Assembly: GCA_032718475.1 (NCBI GenBank)
Contig: JAUCBJ010009103.1
Location: 62,001-126,000 of the forward strand
DNA length: 64,000 bases
Direction of reading: 5' to 3'
Origin: Nemertoderma westbladi
Taxonomy: Eukaryota; Animalia; Xenacoelomorpha
Positions 13,901-28,211 of this stretch are shown one piece after another (position 1 is the first letter of the stretch; each line of letters starts with the position of its first letter). Under the pieces are notes generated by a model. It did not search any database and was not told where the DNA came from. It saw nothing but the letters and a program-made list of their open reading frames with translations. The translations under genes were made by a program, and so were the position numbers.

Positions 13901-16900
13901 TCAATCTCCCTCACTCGCTACCCCAACCCAACACTAACGCCACTCAATCTCCCTCACTCGCTACCCCAACCCAACACTAACGCCACTCAATCTCCCTCAC
14001 TCGCTACCCCAACCCAACACTAATGCCACTCAATCTCCCTCAAACGCTACCCCAACCCAACACTAATGCCACTCAATCTCCCTCACTCGCTACCCAAACC
14101 CAACACTAATGCCACTCAATCTCCCTCACTCGCTACCCCAACCCAACACTAACGTCACTCAATCTCCCTCACTCGCTACCCCAACCCAACACTAACGCCA
14201 CTCAATCTCCCTCACTCGCTACCCAAACCCAACACTAATGCCACTCAATCTCCCTCACTCGCTACCCCAACCCAACACTAATGCCACTCAATCTCCCTCA
14301 CTCGCTACCCAAACCCAACACTAACGCCACTCAATCTCCCTCACTCGCTACCCAAACCCAACACTAACGCCACTCAATCTCCCTCACTCGCTACCCCAAC
14401 CCAACACTAACGCCACTCAATCTCCCTCACTCGCTACCCAAACCCAACACTAACGTCACTCAATCTCCCTCACTCGCTACCCCAACCCAACACTAACGTC
14501 ACTCAATCTCCCTCACTCGCTACCCCAACCAAACACTAACGCCACTCAATCTCCCTCACTCGCTACCCCAACCAAACACTAATGCCACTCAATCTCCCTC
14601 ACTCGCTACCCCAACCCAACACTAATGCCACTCAATCTCCCTCACTCGCTACCCCAACCCAACACTAACGCCACTCAATCTCCCTCACTCGCTACCCCAA
14701 CCCAACACTAACGCCACTCAATCTCCCTCACTCGCTACCCAAACCCAACACTAACGTCACTCAATCTCCCTCACTCGCTACCCCAACCCAACACTAACGT
14801 CACTCAATCTCCCTCACTCGCTACCCCAACCCAACACTAACGTCACTCAATCTCCCTCACTCGCTACCCCAACCCAACACTAACGTCACTCAATCTCCCT
14901 CACTCGCTACCCCAACCCAACACTAACGCCACTCAATCTCCCTCACTCGCTACCCCAACCCAACACTAACGCCACTCAATCTCCCTCACTCGCTACCCCA
15001 ACCCAACACTAACGCCACTCAATCTCCCTCACTCGCTACCCCAACCCAACACTAACGCCACTCAATCTCCCTCACTCGCTACCCCAACCCAACACTAACG
15101 CCACTCAATCTCCCTCACTCGCTACCCCAACCCAACACTAACGTCACTCAATCTCCCTCACTCGCTACCCCAACCCAACACTAATGCCACTCAATCTCCC
15201 TCAAACGCTACCCCAACCCAACACTAATGCCACTCAATCTCCCTCACTCGCTACCCAAACCCAACACTAACGCCACTCAATCTCCCTCACTCGCTACCCC
15301 AACCTACCACTAACGTCACTCAATCTCCCTCACTCGCTACCCCAACCCAACACTAACGCCACTCAATCTCCCTCACTCGCTACCCCAACCCAACACTAAT
15401 GCCACTCAATCTCCCTCACTCGCTACCCCAACCCAACACTAATGCCACTCAATCTCCCTCAAACGCTACCCCAACCCAACACTAATGCCACTCAATCTCC
15501 CTCACTCGCTACCCCAACCCAACACTAACGTCACTCAATCTCCCTCACTCGCTACCCAAACCCAACACTAACGCCACTCAATCTCCCTCACTCGCTACCC
15601 CAACCCAACACTAACGCCACTCAATCTCCCTCACTCGCTACCCCAACCCAACACTAACGTCACTCAATCTCCCTCACTCGCTACCCCAACCCAACACTAA
15701 CGTCACTCAATCTCCCTCACTCGCTACCCCAACCAAACACTAACGCCACTCAATCTCCCTCAAACGCTACCCCAACCCAACACTAATGCCACTCAATCTC
15801 CCTCACACGCTACCCAAACCCAACACTAATGCCACTCAATCTCCCTCACTCGCTACCCCAACCCAACACTAACGCCACTCAATCTCCCTCAAACGCTACC
15901 CCAACCCAACACTAACGCCACTCAATCTCCCTCACTCGCTACCCAAACCCAACACTAACGCCACTCAATCTCCCTCACTCGCTACCCCAACCTACCACTA
16001 ACGCCACTCAATCTCCCTCACTCGCTACCCAAACCCAACACTAACGCCACTCAATCTCCCTCACTCGCTACCCCAACCCAACACTAACGTCACTCAATCT
16101 CCCTCACTCGCTACCCAAATCCAACACTAATGCCACTCAATCTCCCTCACTCGCTACCCCAACCTACCACTAACGCCACTCAATCTCCCTCACTCGCTAC
16201 CCAAACCCAACACTAACGCCACTCAATCTCCCTCACTCGCTACCCCAACCTACCACTAACGCCACTCAATCTCCCTCACTCGCTACCCCAACCCAACACT
16301 AACGTCACTCAATCTCCCTCACTCGCTACCCAAATCCAACACTAACGCCACTCAATCTCCCTCACTCGCTACCCCAACCTAACACTAACGCCACTCAATC
16401 TCCCTCACTCGCTACCCCAACCCAACACTAATGCCACTCAATCTCCCTCACTCGCTACCCCAACCCAACACTAACGCCACTCAATCTCCCTCACTCGCTA
16501 CCCCAACCCAACACTAACGCCACTCAATCTCCCTCACTCGCTACCCCAACCCAACACTAACGCCACTCAATCTCCCTCACTCGCTACCCAAACCCAACAC
16601 TAACGCCACTCAATCTCCCTCACTCGCTACCCCAACCTACCACTAACGCCACTCAATCTCCCTCACTCGCTACCAAAATCCAACACTAATGCCACTCAAT
16701 CTCCCTCACTCGCTACCCCAACCTAACACTAACGCCACTCAATCTCCCTCACTCGCTACCCCAACCAAACACTAATGCCACTCAATCTCCCTCACTCGCT
16801 ACCCCAACCCAACACTAACGCCACTCAATCTCCCTCACTCGCTACCCCAACCCAACACTAACGCCACTCAATCTCCCTCACTCGCTACCCCAACCAAACA

Positions 16901-19900
16901 CTAATGCCACTCAATCTCCCTCACTCGCTACCCCAACCCAACACTAACGCCACTCAATCTCCCTCACTCGCTACCCCAACCCAACACTAACGCCACTCAA
17001 TCTCCCTCACTCGCTACCCAAACCCAACACTAACGCCACTCAATCTCCCTCACTCGCTACCCCAACCTAACACTAACGCCACTCAATCTCCCTCACTCGC
17101 TACCCAAACCCAACACTAATGCCACTCAATCTCCCTCACTCGCTACCCCAACCCAACACTAACGCCACTCAATCTCCCTCACTCGCTACCCCAACCCAAC
17201 ACTAACGCCACTCAATCTCCCTCACTCGCTACCCCAACCCAACACTAACGCCACTCAATCTCCCTCACTCGCTACCCCAACCCAACACTAACGCCACTCA
17301 ATCTCCCTCACTCGCTACCCCAACCCAACACTAACGCCACTCAATCTCCCTCACTCGCTACCCCAACCCAACACTAACGCCACTCAATCTCCCTCACTCG
17401 CTACCCCAACCTAACACTAACGCCACTCAATCTCCCTCACTCGCTACCCAAACCCAACACTAACGCCACTCAATCTCCCTCACTCGCTACCCCAACCCAA
17501 CACTAACGTCACTCAATCTCCCTCACTCGCTACCCCAACCCAACACTAACGCCACTCAATCTCCCTCACTCGCTACCCCAACCTACCACTAACGCCACTC
17601 AATCTCCCTCACTCGCTACCCAAACCCAACACTAACGCCACTCAATCTCCCTCACTCGCTACCCCAACCTAACACTAACGCCACTCAATCTCCCTCACTC
17701 GCTACCCCAACCCAACACTAACGTCACTCAATCTCCCTCACTCGCTACCCCAACCCAACACTAATGCCACTCAATCTCCCTCACTCGCTACCCCAACCTA
17801 ACACTAACGCCACTCAATCTCCCTCACTCGCTACCCCAACCCAACACTAATGCCACTCAATCTCCCTCACTCGCTACCCCAACCCAACACTAACGCCACT
17901 CAATCTCCCTCACTCGCTACCCCAACCCAACACTAACGCCACTCAATCTCCCTCACTCGCTACCCCAACCCAACACTAACGCCACTCAATCTCCCTCACT
18001 CGCTACCCAAACCCAACACTAACGCCACTCAATCTCCCTCACTCGCTACCCCAACCCACCACTAACGCCACTCAATCTCCCTCACTCGCTACCCAAACCC
18101 AACACTAATGCCACTCAATCTCCCTCACTCGCTACCCCAACCCAACACTAACGCCACTCAATCTCCCTCACTCGCTACCCCAACCAAACACTAATGCCAC
18201 TCAATCTCCCTCACTCGCTACCCCAACCCAACACTAACGCCACTCAATCTCCCTCACTCGCTACCCCAACCCAACACTAACGCCACTCAATCTCCCTCAC
18301 TCGCTACCCCAACCCAACACTAACGCCACTCAATCTCCCTCACTCGCTACCCCAACCCAACACTAACGCCACTCAATCTCCCTCACTCGCTACCCCAACC
18401 CAACACTAACGCCACTCAATCTCCCTCACTCGCTACCCCAACCCAACACTAACGTCACTCAATCTCCCTCACTCGCTACCCCAACCCAACACTAACGCCA
18501 CTCAATCTCCCTCACTCGCTACCCCAACCCAACACTAACGTCACTCAATCTCCCTCACTCGCTACCCCAACCCAACACTAACGCCACTCAATCTCCCTCA
18601 CTCGCTACCCCAACCCAACACTAACGCCACTCAATCTCCCTCACTCGCTACCCCAACCCAACACTAACGCCACTCAATCTCCCTCACTCGCTACCCCAAC
18701 CCAACACTAACGCCACTCAATCTCCCTCACTCGCTACCCCAACCCAACACTAACGCCACTCAATCTCCCTCACTCGCTACCCCAACCCAACACTAACGTC
18801 ACTCAATCTCCCTCACTCGCTACCCCAACCAAACACTAACGCCACTCAATCTCCCTCAAACGCTACCCCAACCAAACACTAATGCCACTCAATCTCCCTC
18901 ACTCGCTACCCCAACCCAACACTAACGCCACTCAATCTCCCTCACTCGCTACCCCAACCCAACACTAACGCCACTCAATCTCCCTCACTCGCTACCCCAA
19001 CCCAACACTAACGTCACTCAATCTCCCTCACTCGCTACCCCAACCTACCACTAACGCCACTCAATCTCCCTCACTCGCTACCCAAACCCAACACTAACGC
19101 CACTCAATCTCCCTCACTCGCTACCCCAACCCAACACTAACGTCACTCAATCTCCCTCACTCGCTACCCAAATCCAACACTAATGCCACTCAATCTCCCT
19201 CACTCGCTACCCCAACCTACCACTAACGCCACTCAATCTCCCTCACTCGCTACCCAAACCCAACACTAACGCCACTCAATCTCCCTCACTCGCTACCCCA
19301 ACCTACCACTAACGCCACTCAATCTCCCTCACTCCTACCCCAACCCAACACTAACGTCACTCAATCTCCCTCACAATCGCTACCCCAACCCAATCACTAA
19401 CGCCACTCAATCTCCCTCACTCGCTACCCCAACCCAACACTAATGCCACTCAATCTCCCTCACTCGCTACCCCAACCCAACACTAACGCCACTCAATCTC
19501 CCTCACTCGCTACCCCAACCCAACACTAACGCCACTCAATCTCCCTCACTCGCTACCCCAACCCAACACTAACGCCACTCAATCTCCCTCACTCGCTACC
19601 CAAACCCAACACTAACGCCACTCAATCTCCCTCACTCGCTACCCCAACCCAACACTAACGCCACTCAATCTCCCTCACTCGCTACCCAAATCCAACACTA
19701 ACGCCACTCAATCTCCCTCACTCGCTACCCCAACCTACCACTAACGCCACTCAATCTCCCTCACTCGCTACCCCAACCCAACACTAATGCCACTCAATCT
19801 CCCTCACTCGCTACCCCAACCCAACACTAACGCCACTCAATCTCCCTCACTCGCTACCCCAACCCAACACTAACGCCACTCAATCTCCCTCACTCGCTAC

Positions 19901-22424
19901 CCCAACCCAACACTAATGCCACTCAATCTCCCTCACTCGCTACCCCAACCCAACACTAACGCCACTCAATCTCCCTCACTCGCTACCCCAACCCAACACT
20001 AACGCCACTCAATCTCCCTCACTCGCTACCCCAACCCAACACTAACGCCACTCAATCTCCCTCACTCGCTACCCCAACCCAACACTAACGCCACTCAATC
20101 TCCCTCACTCGCTACCCCAACCCAACACTAATGCCACTCAATCTCCCTCACTCGCTACCCCAACCCAACACTAACGCCACTCAATCTCCCTCACTCGCTA
20201 CCCCAACCCAACACTAACGCCACTCAATCTCCCTCACTCGCTACCCCAACCCAACACTAATGCCACTCAATCTCCCTCACTCGCTACCCCAACCCAACAC
20301 TAACGCCACTCAATCTCCCTCACTCGCTACCCCAACCTACCACTAACGCCACTCAATCTCCCTCACTCGCTACCCAAACCCAACACTAACGCCACTCAAT
20401 CTCCCTCACTCGCTACCCCAACCCAACACTAACGTCACTCAATCTCCCTCACTCGCTACCCAAATCCAACACTAATGCCACTCAATCTCCCTCACTCGCT
20501 ACCCCAACCTACCACTAACGCCACTCAATCACCCTCACTCGCTACCCAAACCCAACACTAACGCCACTCAATCTCCCTCACTCGCTACCCCAACCTACCA
20601 CTAACGCCACTCAATCTCCCTCACTCGCTACCCCAACCCAACACTAACGTCACTCAATCTCCCTCACTCGCTACCCAAACCCAACACTAATGCCACTCAA
20701 TCTCCCTCACTCGCTACCCCAACCTACCACTAACGCCACTCAATCTCCCTCACTCGCTACCCCAACCAAACACTAATGCCACTCAATCTCCCTCACTCGC
20801 TACCCCAACCCAACACTAACGCCACTCAATCTCCCTCACTCGCTACCCCAACCCAACACTAATGCCACTCAATCTCCCTCACTCGCTACCCCAACCCAAC
20901 ACTAACGCCACTCAATCTCCCTCACTCGCTACCCCAACCCAACACTAACGCCACTCAATCTCCCTCACTCGCTACCCAACCCAACACTAACGCCACTCAA
21001 TCTCCCTCACTCGCTACCCCAACCCAACACTAACGCCACTCAATCTCCCTCACTCGCTACCCCAACCCAACACTAACGCCACTCAATCTCCCTCACTCGC
21101 TACCCAAATCCAACACTAATGCCACTCAATCTCCCTCACTCGCTACCCCAACCTACCACTAACGCCACTCAATCACCCTCACTCGCTACCCCAACCAAAC
21201 ACTAATGCCACTCAATCTCCCTCACTCGCTACCCCAACCCAACACTAACGCCACTCAATCTCCCTCACTCGCTACCCCAACCCAACACTAACGCCACTCA
21301 ATCTCCCTCACTCGCTACCCCAACCCAACACTAACGCCACTCAATCTCCCTCAAACGCTACCCCAACCCAACACTAATGCCACTCAATCTCCCTCACTCG
21401 CTACCCCAACCCAACACTAACGCCACTCAATCTCCCTCAAACGCTACCCCAACCAAACACTAACGCCACTCAATCTCCCTCACTCGCTACCCCAACCCAA
21501 CACTAACGCCACTCAATCTCCCTCACTCACTACCCCAACCCAACACTAACGCCACTCAATCTCCCTCAAACGCTACCCCAACCCAACACTAACGCCACTC
21601 AATCTCCCTCACTCGCTACCCCAACCCAACACTAACGCCACTCAATCTCCCTCACTCGCTACCCCAACCCAACACTAACGCCACTCAATCTCCCTCACTC
21701 GCTACCCCAACCCAACACTAACGCCACTCAATCTCCCTCACTCGCTACCCCAACCCAACACTAACGCCACTCAATCTCCCTCACTCGCTACCCCAACCCA
21801 ACACTAACGCCACTCAATCTCCCTCACTCGCTACCCCAACCCAACACTAACGCCACTCAATCTCCCTCACTCGCTACCCCAACCCAACACTAACGCCACT
21901 CAATCTCCCTCACTCGCTACCCCAACCCAACACTAACGCCACTCAATCTCCCTCACTCACTACCCCAACCCAACACTAACGCCACTCAATCTCCCTCACT
22001 CGCTACCCCAACCCAACACTAACGCCACTCAATCTCCCTCACTCGCTACCCCAACCCAACACTAACGCCACTCAATCTCCCTCACTCGCTACCCCAACCC
22101 AACACTAACGCCACCCAATCTCCCTCACTCGCTACCCCAACCCAACACTAACGCCACTCAATCTCCCTCACTCGCTACCCCAACCCAACACTAACGCCAC
22201 TCAATCTCCCTCACTCACTACCCCAACCCAACACTAACGCCACTCAATCTCCCTCACTCGCTACCCCAACCCAACACTAACGCCACCCAATCTCCCTCAC
22301 TCGCTACCCCAACCCAACACTAACGCCACCCAATCTCCCTCACTCGCTACCCCAACCCAACACTAACGCCACTCAATCTCCCTCACTCGCTACCAAAATC
22401 CAACATTATCGTCACGTATCTCAC
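4905..22424. repeat. 43-bp minisatellite array (~17.5 kb, ~400 units), TCAATCTCCCTCACTCGCTACCCCAACCCAACACTAACGCCAC
   Basis: Continuous array ending at the donor of exon 22425; contains the gap, so the true length is unknown. Confidence 0.98.
12099..12198. other. Assembly gap (100 N)
   Basis: Run of n inside the 43-bp array. Confidence 1.
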
Positions 22425-22643
22425 CTTACGAATAATCGAGAGAAACGAATAAAAGTTTTCAACCAGAAATCTGGATGAACGATTAGTAAACGACGTAGAT
22501 TCTTGCGTAACCGGCGATCGAGCACCTGGTAGCACCGCTTCAACCACTTGTACGGCGGCATATTCATCTTCGGGGTGCCGCCGTTGAAATATATGAGAAT
22601 GTAGGAATCGGGAATTAGTAATTCTAATGAGGTTATTATGTAC
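22425..22643 (-). CDS. PRUNE2: PRUNE2-like BCH exon (YIITSLELLIPDSYILIYFNGGTPKMNMPPYKWLKRCYQVLDRRLRKNLRRLLIVHPDFWLKTFIRFSRLFVS)
   Basis: cctctcAG acceptor, GTGAGA donor, 219 nt, phase 2->2; DRRLRKNL..L.IVHP BCH signature. Confidence 0.95.
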
Positions 22644-22722
22644 CTGAGAGGATAGAATAAAAAAATCTAAGTAAAATAAACTGGTTAATCAGATGGGACG
22701 ATTATGGAGCACCTATACTTAT

Positions 22723-25700
22723 AGAAATAGGTGCTCCAATATATAGTTCTACTCACAGAAATAGGTGCTCCAATATATAGTTCTACTCACAGAAATAGGT
22801 GCTCCAATATGTAATTCTACTCACAGAAATAGATGCTCCGATATGTAACTCTACTCACAGAAATAGGTGCTCCAATATATAGTTCTACTCACAGAAATAG
22901 GTGCTCCAATATGTAATTCTACTCACAGAAATAGGTGCTCCAATATGTAACTCTACTCACAGAAATAGGTGCTCCAATATGTAACTCTACTCACAGAAAT
23001 AGGTGCTCCGATATGTAACTCTACTCACAGAAATAGGTGCTCCAATATATAGTTCTACTCACAGAAATAGGTGCTCCAATATATAATTCTACTCACAGAA
23101 ATAGGTGCTCCGATATGTAACTCTACTCACAGAAATAGGTGCTCCAATATATAATTCTACTCACAGAAATAGGTGCTCCAATATATAATTCTACTCACAA
23201 AAAATAGGTGCTCCGATATGTAACTCTACTCACTGAAATAGGTGCTACCATATGTAATTCTACTCACAGAAATAGATGCTCCGATATGTAACTCTACTCA
23301 CAGAAATAGGTGCTCCAATATATAGTTCTACTCACAGAAATATGTGCTCCAATATGTAACTCTACTCACAGAAATAGGTGCTCCGATATGTAACTCTACT
23401 CACAGAAATAGGTGCTCCAATATATAATTCTACTCACAGAAATAGGTGCTCCAATATATAATTCTACTCACAAAAAATAGGTGCTCCGATATGTAACTCT
23501 ACTCACTGAAATAGGTGCTACCATATGTAATTCTACTCACAGAAATAGATGCTCCGATATGTAACTCTACTCACAGAAATAGGTGCTCCAATATATAGTT
23601 CTACTCACAGAAATAGGTGCTCCAATATGTAACTCTACTCACAGAAATAGGTGCTCCGATATGTAACTCTACTCACAGAAATAGGTGCTCCAATATATAG
23701 TTCTACTCACAGAAATAGGTGCTCCAATATATAATTCTACTCACAGAAATAGGTGCTCCGATATGTAACTCTACTCACAGAAATAGGTGCTCCAATATAT
23801 AATTCTACTCACAGAAATAGGTGCTCCAATATATAATTCTACTTACAGAAATAGGTGCTCCGATATGTAACTCTACTCACAGAAATAGGTGCTCCAATAT
23901 ATAATTCTACTCACAAAAAATAGGTGCTCCGATATGTAACTCTACTCACTGAAATAGGTGCTACCATATGTAATTCTACTCACAGAAATAGGTGCTACAA
24001 TATGTAACTCTACTCACAGAAATAGGTGCTACAATATGTAACTCTACTCACAGAAATAGGTGTTCCAATATGTAATTATACTCACAGAAATAGGTGCTCC
24101 AATATATAGTTCTACTCACAGAAATAGGTGCTCCAATATATAGTTCTACTCACAGAAATAGGTGCTCCAATATGTAATTCTACTCACAGAAATAGATGCT
24201 CCGATATGTAACTCTACTCACAGAAATAGGTGCTCCAATATATAGTTCTACTCACAGAAATAGGTGCTCCAATATGTAATTCTACTCACAGAAATAGGTG
24301 CTCCAATATGTAACTCTACTCACAGAAATAGGTGCTCCAATATGTAACTCTACTCACAGAAATAGGTGCTCCGATATGTAACTCTACTCACAGAAATAGG
24401 TGCTCCAATATATAGTTCTACTCACAGAAATAGGTGCTCCAATATATAATTCTACTCACAGAAATAGGTGCTCCGATATGTAACTCTACTCACAGAAATA
24501 GGTGCTCCAATATATAATTCTACTCACAGAAATAGGTGCTCCAATATATAATTCTACTCACAAAAAATAGGTGCTCCGATATGTAACTCTACTCACTGAA
24601 ATAGGTGCTACCATATGTAATTCTACTCACAGAAATAGATGCTCCGATATGTAACTCTACTCACAGAAATAGGTGCTCCAATATATAGTTCTACTCACAG
24701 AAATAGGTGCTCCAATATGTAACTCTACTCACAGAAATAGGTGCTCCGATATGTAACTCTACTCACAGAAATAGGTGCTCCAATATATAGTTCTACTCAC
24801 AGAAATAGGTGCTCCAATATATAATTCTACTCACAGAAATAGGTGCTCCGATATGTAACTCTACTCACAGAAATAGGTGCTCCAATATATAATTCTACTC
24901 ACAGAAATAGGTGCTCCAATATATAATTCTACTTACAGAAATAGGTGCTCCGATATGTAACTCTACTCACAGAAATAGGTGCTCCAATATATAATTCTAC
25001 TCACAAAAAATAGGTGCTCCGATATGTAACTCTACTCACTGAAATCGGTGCTACCATATGTAATTCTACTCACAGAAATAGGTGCTACAATATGTAACTC
25101 TACTCACAGAAATAGGTGCTACAATATGTAACTCTACTCACAGAAATAGGTGTTCCAATATGTAATTATACTCACAGAAATAGGTGCTACAATATATAGT
25201 TCTACTCACAGAAATAGGTGCTCCAATATATAATTCTACTCACAGAAATAGGTGCTCCGATATGTAACTCTACTCACAGAAATAGGTGCTCCAATATATA
25301 ATTCTACTCACAGAAATAGGTGCTCCAATATATAATTCTACTTACAGAAATAGGTGCTCCGATATGTAACTCTACTCACAGAAATAGGTGCTCCAATATA
25401 TAATTCTACTCACAAAAAATAGGTGCTCCGATATGTAACTCTACTCACTGAAATAGGTGCTACCATATGTAATTCTACTCACAGAAATAGGTGCTACAAT
25501 ATGTAACTCTACTCACAGAAATAGGTGCTCCAATATGTAACTCTACTCACAGAAATAGGTGCTCCAATATGTAACTCTACTCACAGAAATAGGTGCTCCA
25601 ATATGTAATTCTACTCACAGAAATAGATGCTCCGATATGTAACTCTACTCACAGAAATAGGTGCTCCAATATATAGTTCTACTCACAGAAATAGGTGCTC

Positions 25701-27075
25701 CAATATATAATTCTACTCACAGAAATAGGTGCTTCGATATGTAACTCTACTCACAGAAATAGGTGCTCCAATATATAATTCTACTCACAGAAATAGGTGC
25801 TCCAATATATAATTCTACTTACAGAAATAGGTGCTCCGATATGTAACTCTACTCACAGAAATAGGTGCTCCAATATATAATTCTACTCACAAAAAATAGG
25901 TGCTCCGATATGTAACTCTACTCACTGAAATAGGTGCTACCATATGTAATTCTACTCACAGAAATAGGTGCTACAATATGTAACTCTACTCACAGAAATA
26001 GGTGCTACAATATGTAACTCTACTCACAGAAATAGGTGTTCCAATATGTAATTATACTCACAGAAATAGGTGCTACAATATATAGTTCTACCCACAGAAA
26101 TAGGTGCTCCAATATGTAATTCTACTCACAGAAATAGGTGCTCCAATATATAATTCTACTCACAGAAATAGGTGCTCCGATATGTAACTCTACTCACAGA
26201 AATAGGTGTTACAATATGTAACTCTACTCACAGAAATAGGTGTTCCAATATGTAATTATACTCACAGAAATAGGTGCTCCAATATGTTACTCTACTCACA
26301 GAAATAGGTGCTACAATATGTAACTCTACTCACAGAAATAGGTGCTACTATATGTAACTCTACTCACAGAAATAGGTGCTACAATATGTAACTCTACTCA
26401 CAGAAATAGGTGCTCCAATATGTAATTATACTCACAGAAATAGGTGCTCCAATATGTAATTCTACTCACATAAATAGGTGCTCCAATATGTAATTCTACT
26501 CACAGAAATAGGTGCTCCAATATGTAATTCTACTCACAGAAATAGGTGCTCCAATATATAGTTCTACTCACAGAAATAGGTGCTCCAATATGTAATTCTA
26601 CTCACAGAAATAGGTGCTCCAATATATAATTCTACTCACAGAAATAGGTGCTCCAATATATAATTCTACTCACAGAAATTAATAGGTGCTCCAATATGTA
26701 ATTCTACTCACAGAAATAGGTGCTACAATATGTAACTCTACTCACAGAAATAGGTGCTACAATATGTAACTCTACTCACAGAAATAGGTGCTCCAATATG
26801 TAATTCTACTCACAGAAATAGGTGCTCCAATAAGTAATTCTACTCACAGAAATAAGTGCTCCAATATGTAATTCTACCCACAGAAATAGGTGCTCCAATA
26901 TGTAATTCTACTCACAGAAATAGGTGCTCCAATATGTAATTCTACTCACAGAAATAGGTGCTCCAATATGTAATTCTACTCACAGAAATAGGTGCTCGAA
27001 TATGTAATTCTATTCACAGAAATAGGTGCTCCAATATGTAATTCTACTCACAGAAATAGGTGCTCCATTATGTAC
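22723..27075. repeat. 34-bp minisatellite (~128 units) = exon 3' end + GTGAGT donor
   Basis: Sense-strand unit AATTACATATTGGAGCACCTATTTCT|GTGAGTAG versus true junction TACATAATGGAGCACCTATTTCT|GTGAGTAG. Confidence 0.98.
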
Positions 27076-27154
27076 TTGTAATCTCTATGAGTTCTATTAG
27101 GAAGGTAACAACTGGAGAACACCATAATAGCCAACATGCCGTCGCCACAGAAAC
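27052..27154 (-). CDS. PRUNE2: PRUNE2-like BCH exon (GFCGDGMLAIMVFSSCYLPNRTHRDYKYIMEHLFL)
   Basis: tttattAG acceptor, GTGAGT donor, 103 nt, phase 1->2; resembles BNIP2-family GYYGDGLNAIIVF..C.LP....Y.Y.M..LF. Confidence 0.93.
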
Positions 27155-27299
27155 CTAATAAACAAAATTGAAATCTACAGTGTCTTGGAATATAGTGTAA
27201 AATATATCTTAACCCTGTATGTATCTGAAGATGCCTTGAAATCATTTATCGGCTATTAGACAACAATATATTTTTCATAAGTTCCATACCGGTACTTAC

Positions 27300-27503
27300 C
27301 AGCATGGGATATTACTTGTGCGTATGGTTCAATGGCATACAGGTCCAATCGATGGTCCCTTCCGCCAACGCTAACTAGACGCCAACGTCTCGCTAGCTCC
27401 ATCCGATTACGTTCTTCCTCAGATGTAGGAGAATCGTAGGATAAACTATCCGGGTCGCGGAGGGGAGAGGCGGGTTGTTGATGCGTGAAAACTAATCCGT
27501 CGT
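27300..27503 (-). CDS. PRUNE2: PRUNE2-like exon, start of BCH domain (RRWRLVSVGGRDHRLDLYAIEPYAQVISHA)
   Basis: tttcccctAG acceptor, GTAAGT donor, 204 nt, phase 1->1; resembles BNIP2-family WR...IEPYKKVISHG. Confidence 0.93.
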
Positions 27504-28111
27504 CTAGGGGAAACAAAAGAGCTAGTGGGAAAACTAGGGAAAACAAAGGGCTATTGGGAAAACTACGGGAAACAAAGGGCTATTGGGAAAACTAGGGGAA
27601 ACAAAAGAGCTAGTGAGAAAACTAGGGGAATCAAAAGAGCTAGTGGGAAAACTAGGGGAAACAAAAGAGCTAGTGGGAAAACTAGGGGAAATAAAAGAGC
27701 TAGGGGGAAAACTAAGGGAAACAAAAGAGCTAGTGGGAAAACTAGGGGAAATAAAAGAGCTAGGGGGAAAACTAAGGGAAACAAAAGAGCTAGTGGGAAA
27801 ACAAAAGAGCTAGTGAGAAAACTAGGGGAATCAAAAGAGCTAGTGGGAAAACTAGGGGAAACAAAAGAGCTAGTGGGAAAACTATGGGAAATAAAAGAGC
27901 TAGGGGGAAAACTAAGGGAAACAAAAGAGCTAGTGGGAAAACTAGGGGAAAAAAAGAGCTAGTGGGAAAACTAGGGGAATCAAAAGAGCTAGTGGGAAAA
28001 CTAGGGGAAACAAAAGAGCTAGTGGGAAAACTAGGGGAAACAAAAGAGCTAGTGGGAAAACTAGGGGAATCAAAAGAGCTAGTGGGAAAACTAGGGGAAA
28101 CAAAAGAGCTA
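27504..28111. repeat. 30-bp minisatellite (~20 units) = polypyrimidine tract + TAG acceptor
   Basis: Sense-strand unit TTTTCCCACTAGCTCTTTTGTTTCCCCTAG; the last copy is the acceptor of exon 27503. Confidence 0.97.
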
Positions 28112-28211
28112 TATTGAAATCTAAACTACCCTCTAAAGGAAACATATATCTAGAGGTTACTATAGTTACAATTATTGCAAATTTTTCGAGTACGAGGTAT
28201 AAATAACTTAC

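Noticed and set aside
4905-22410. Telomeric or subtelomeric repeat
   Set aside because: C/A-rich, but a 43-bp unit with no TTAGGG-type runs and flanked by exons of the same gene
22723-27075. CRISPR-like appearance of the 30-47 bp arrays
   Set aside because: No unique spacers, no cas genes, eukaryotic intron context
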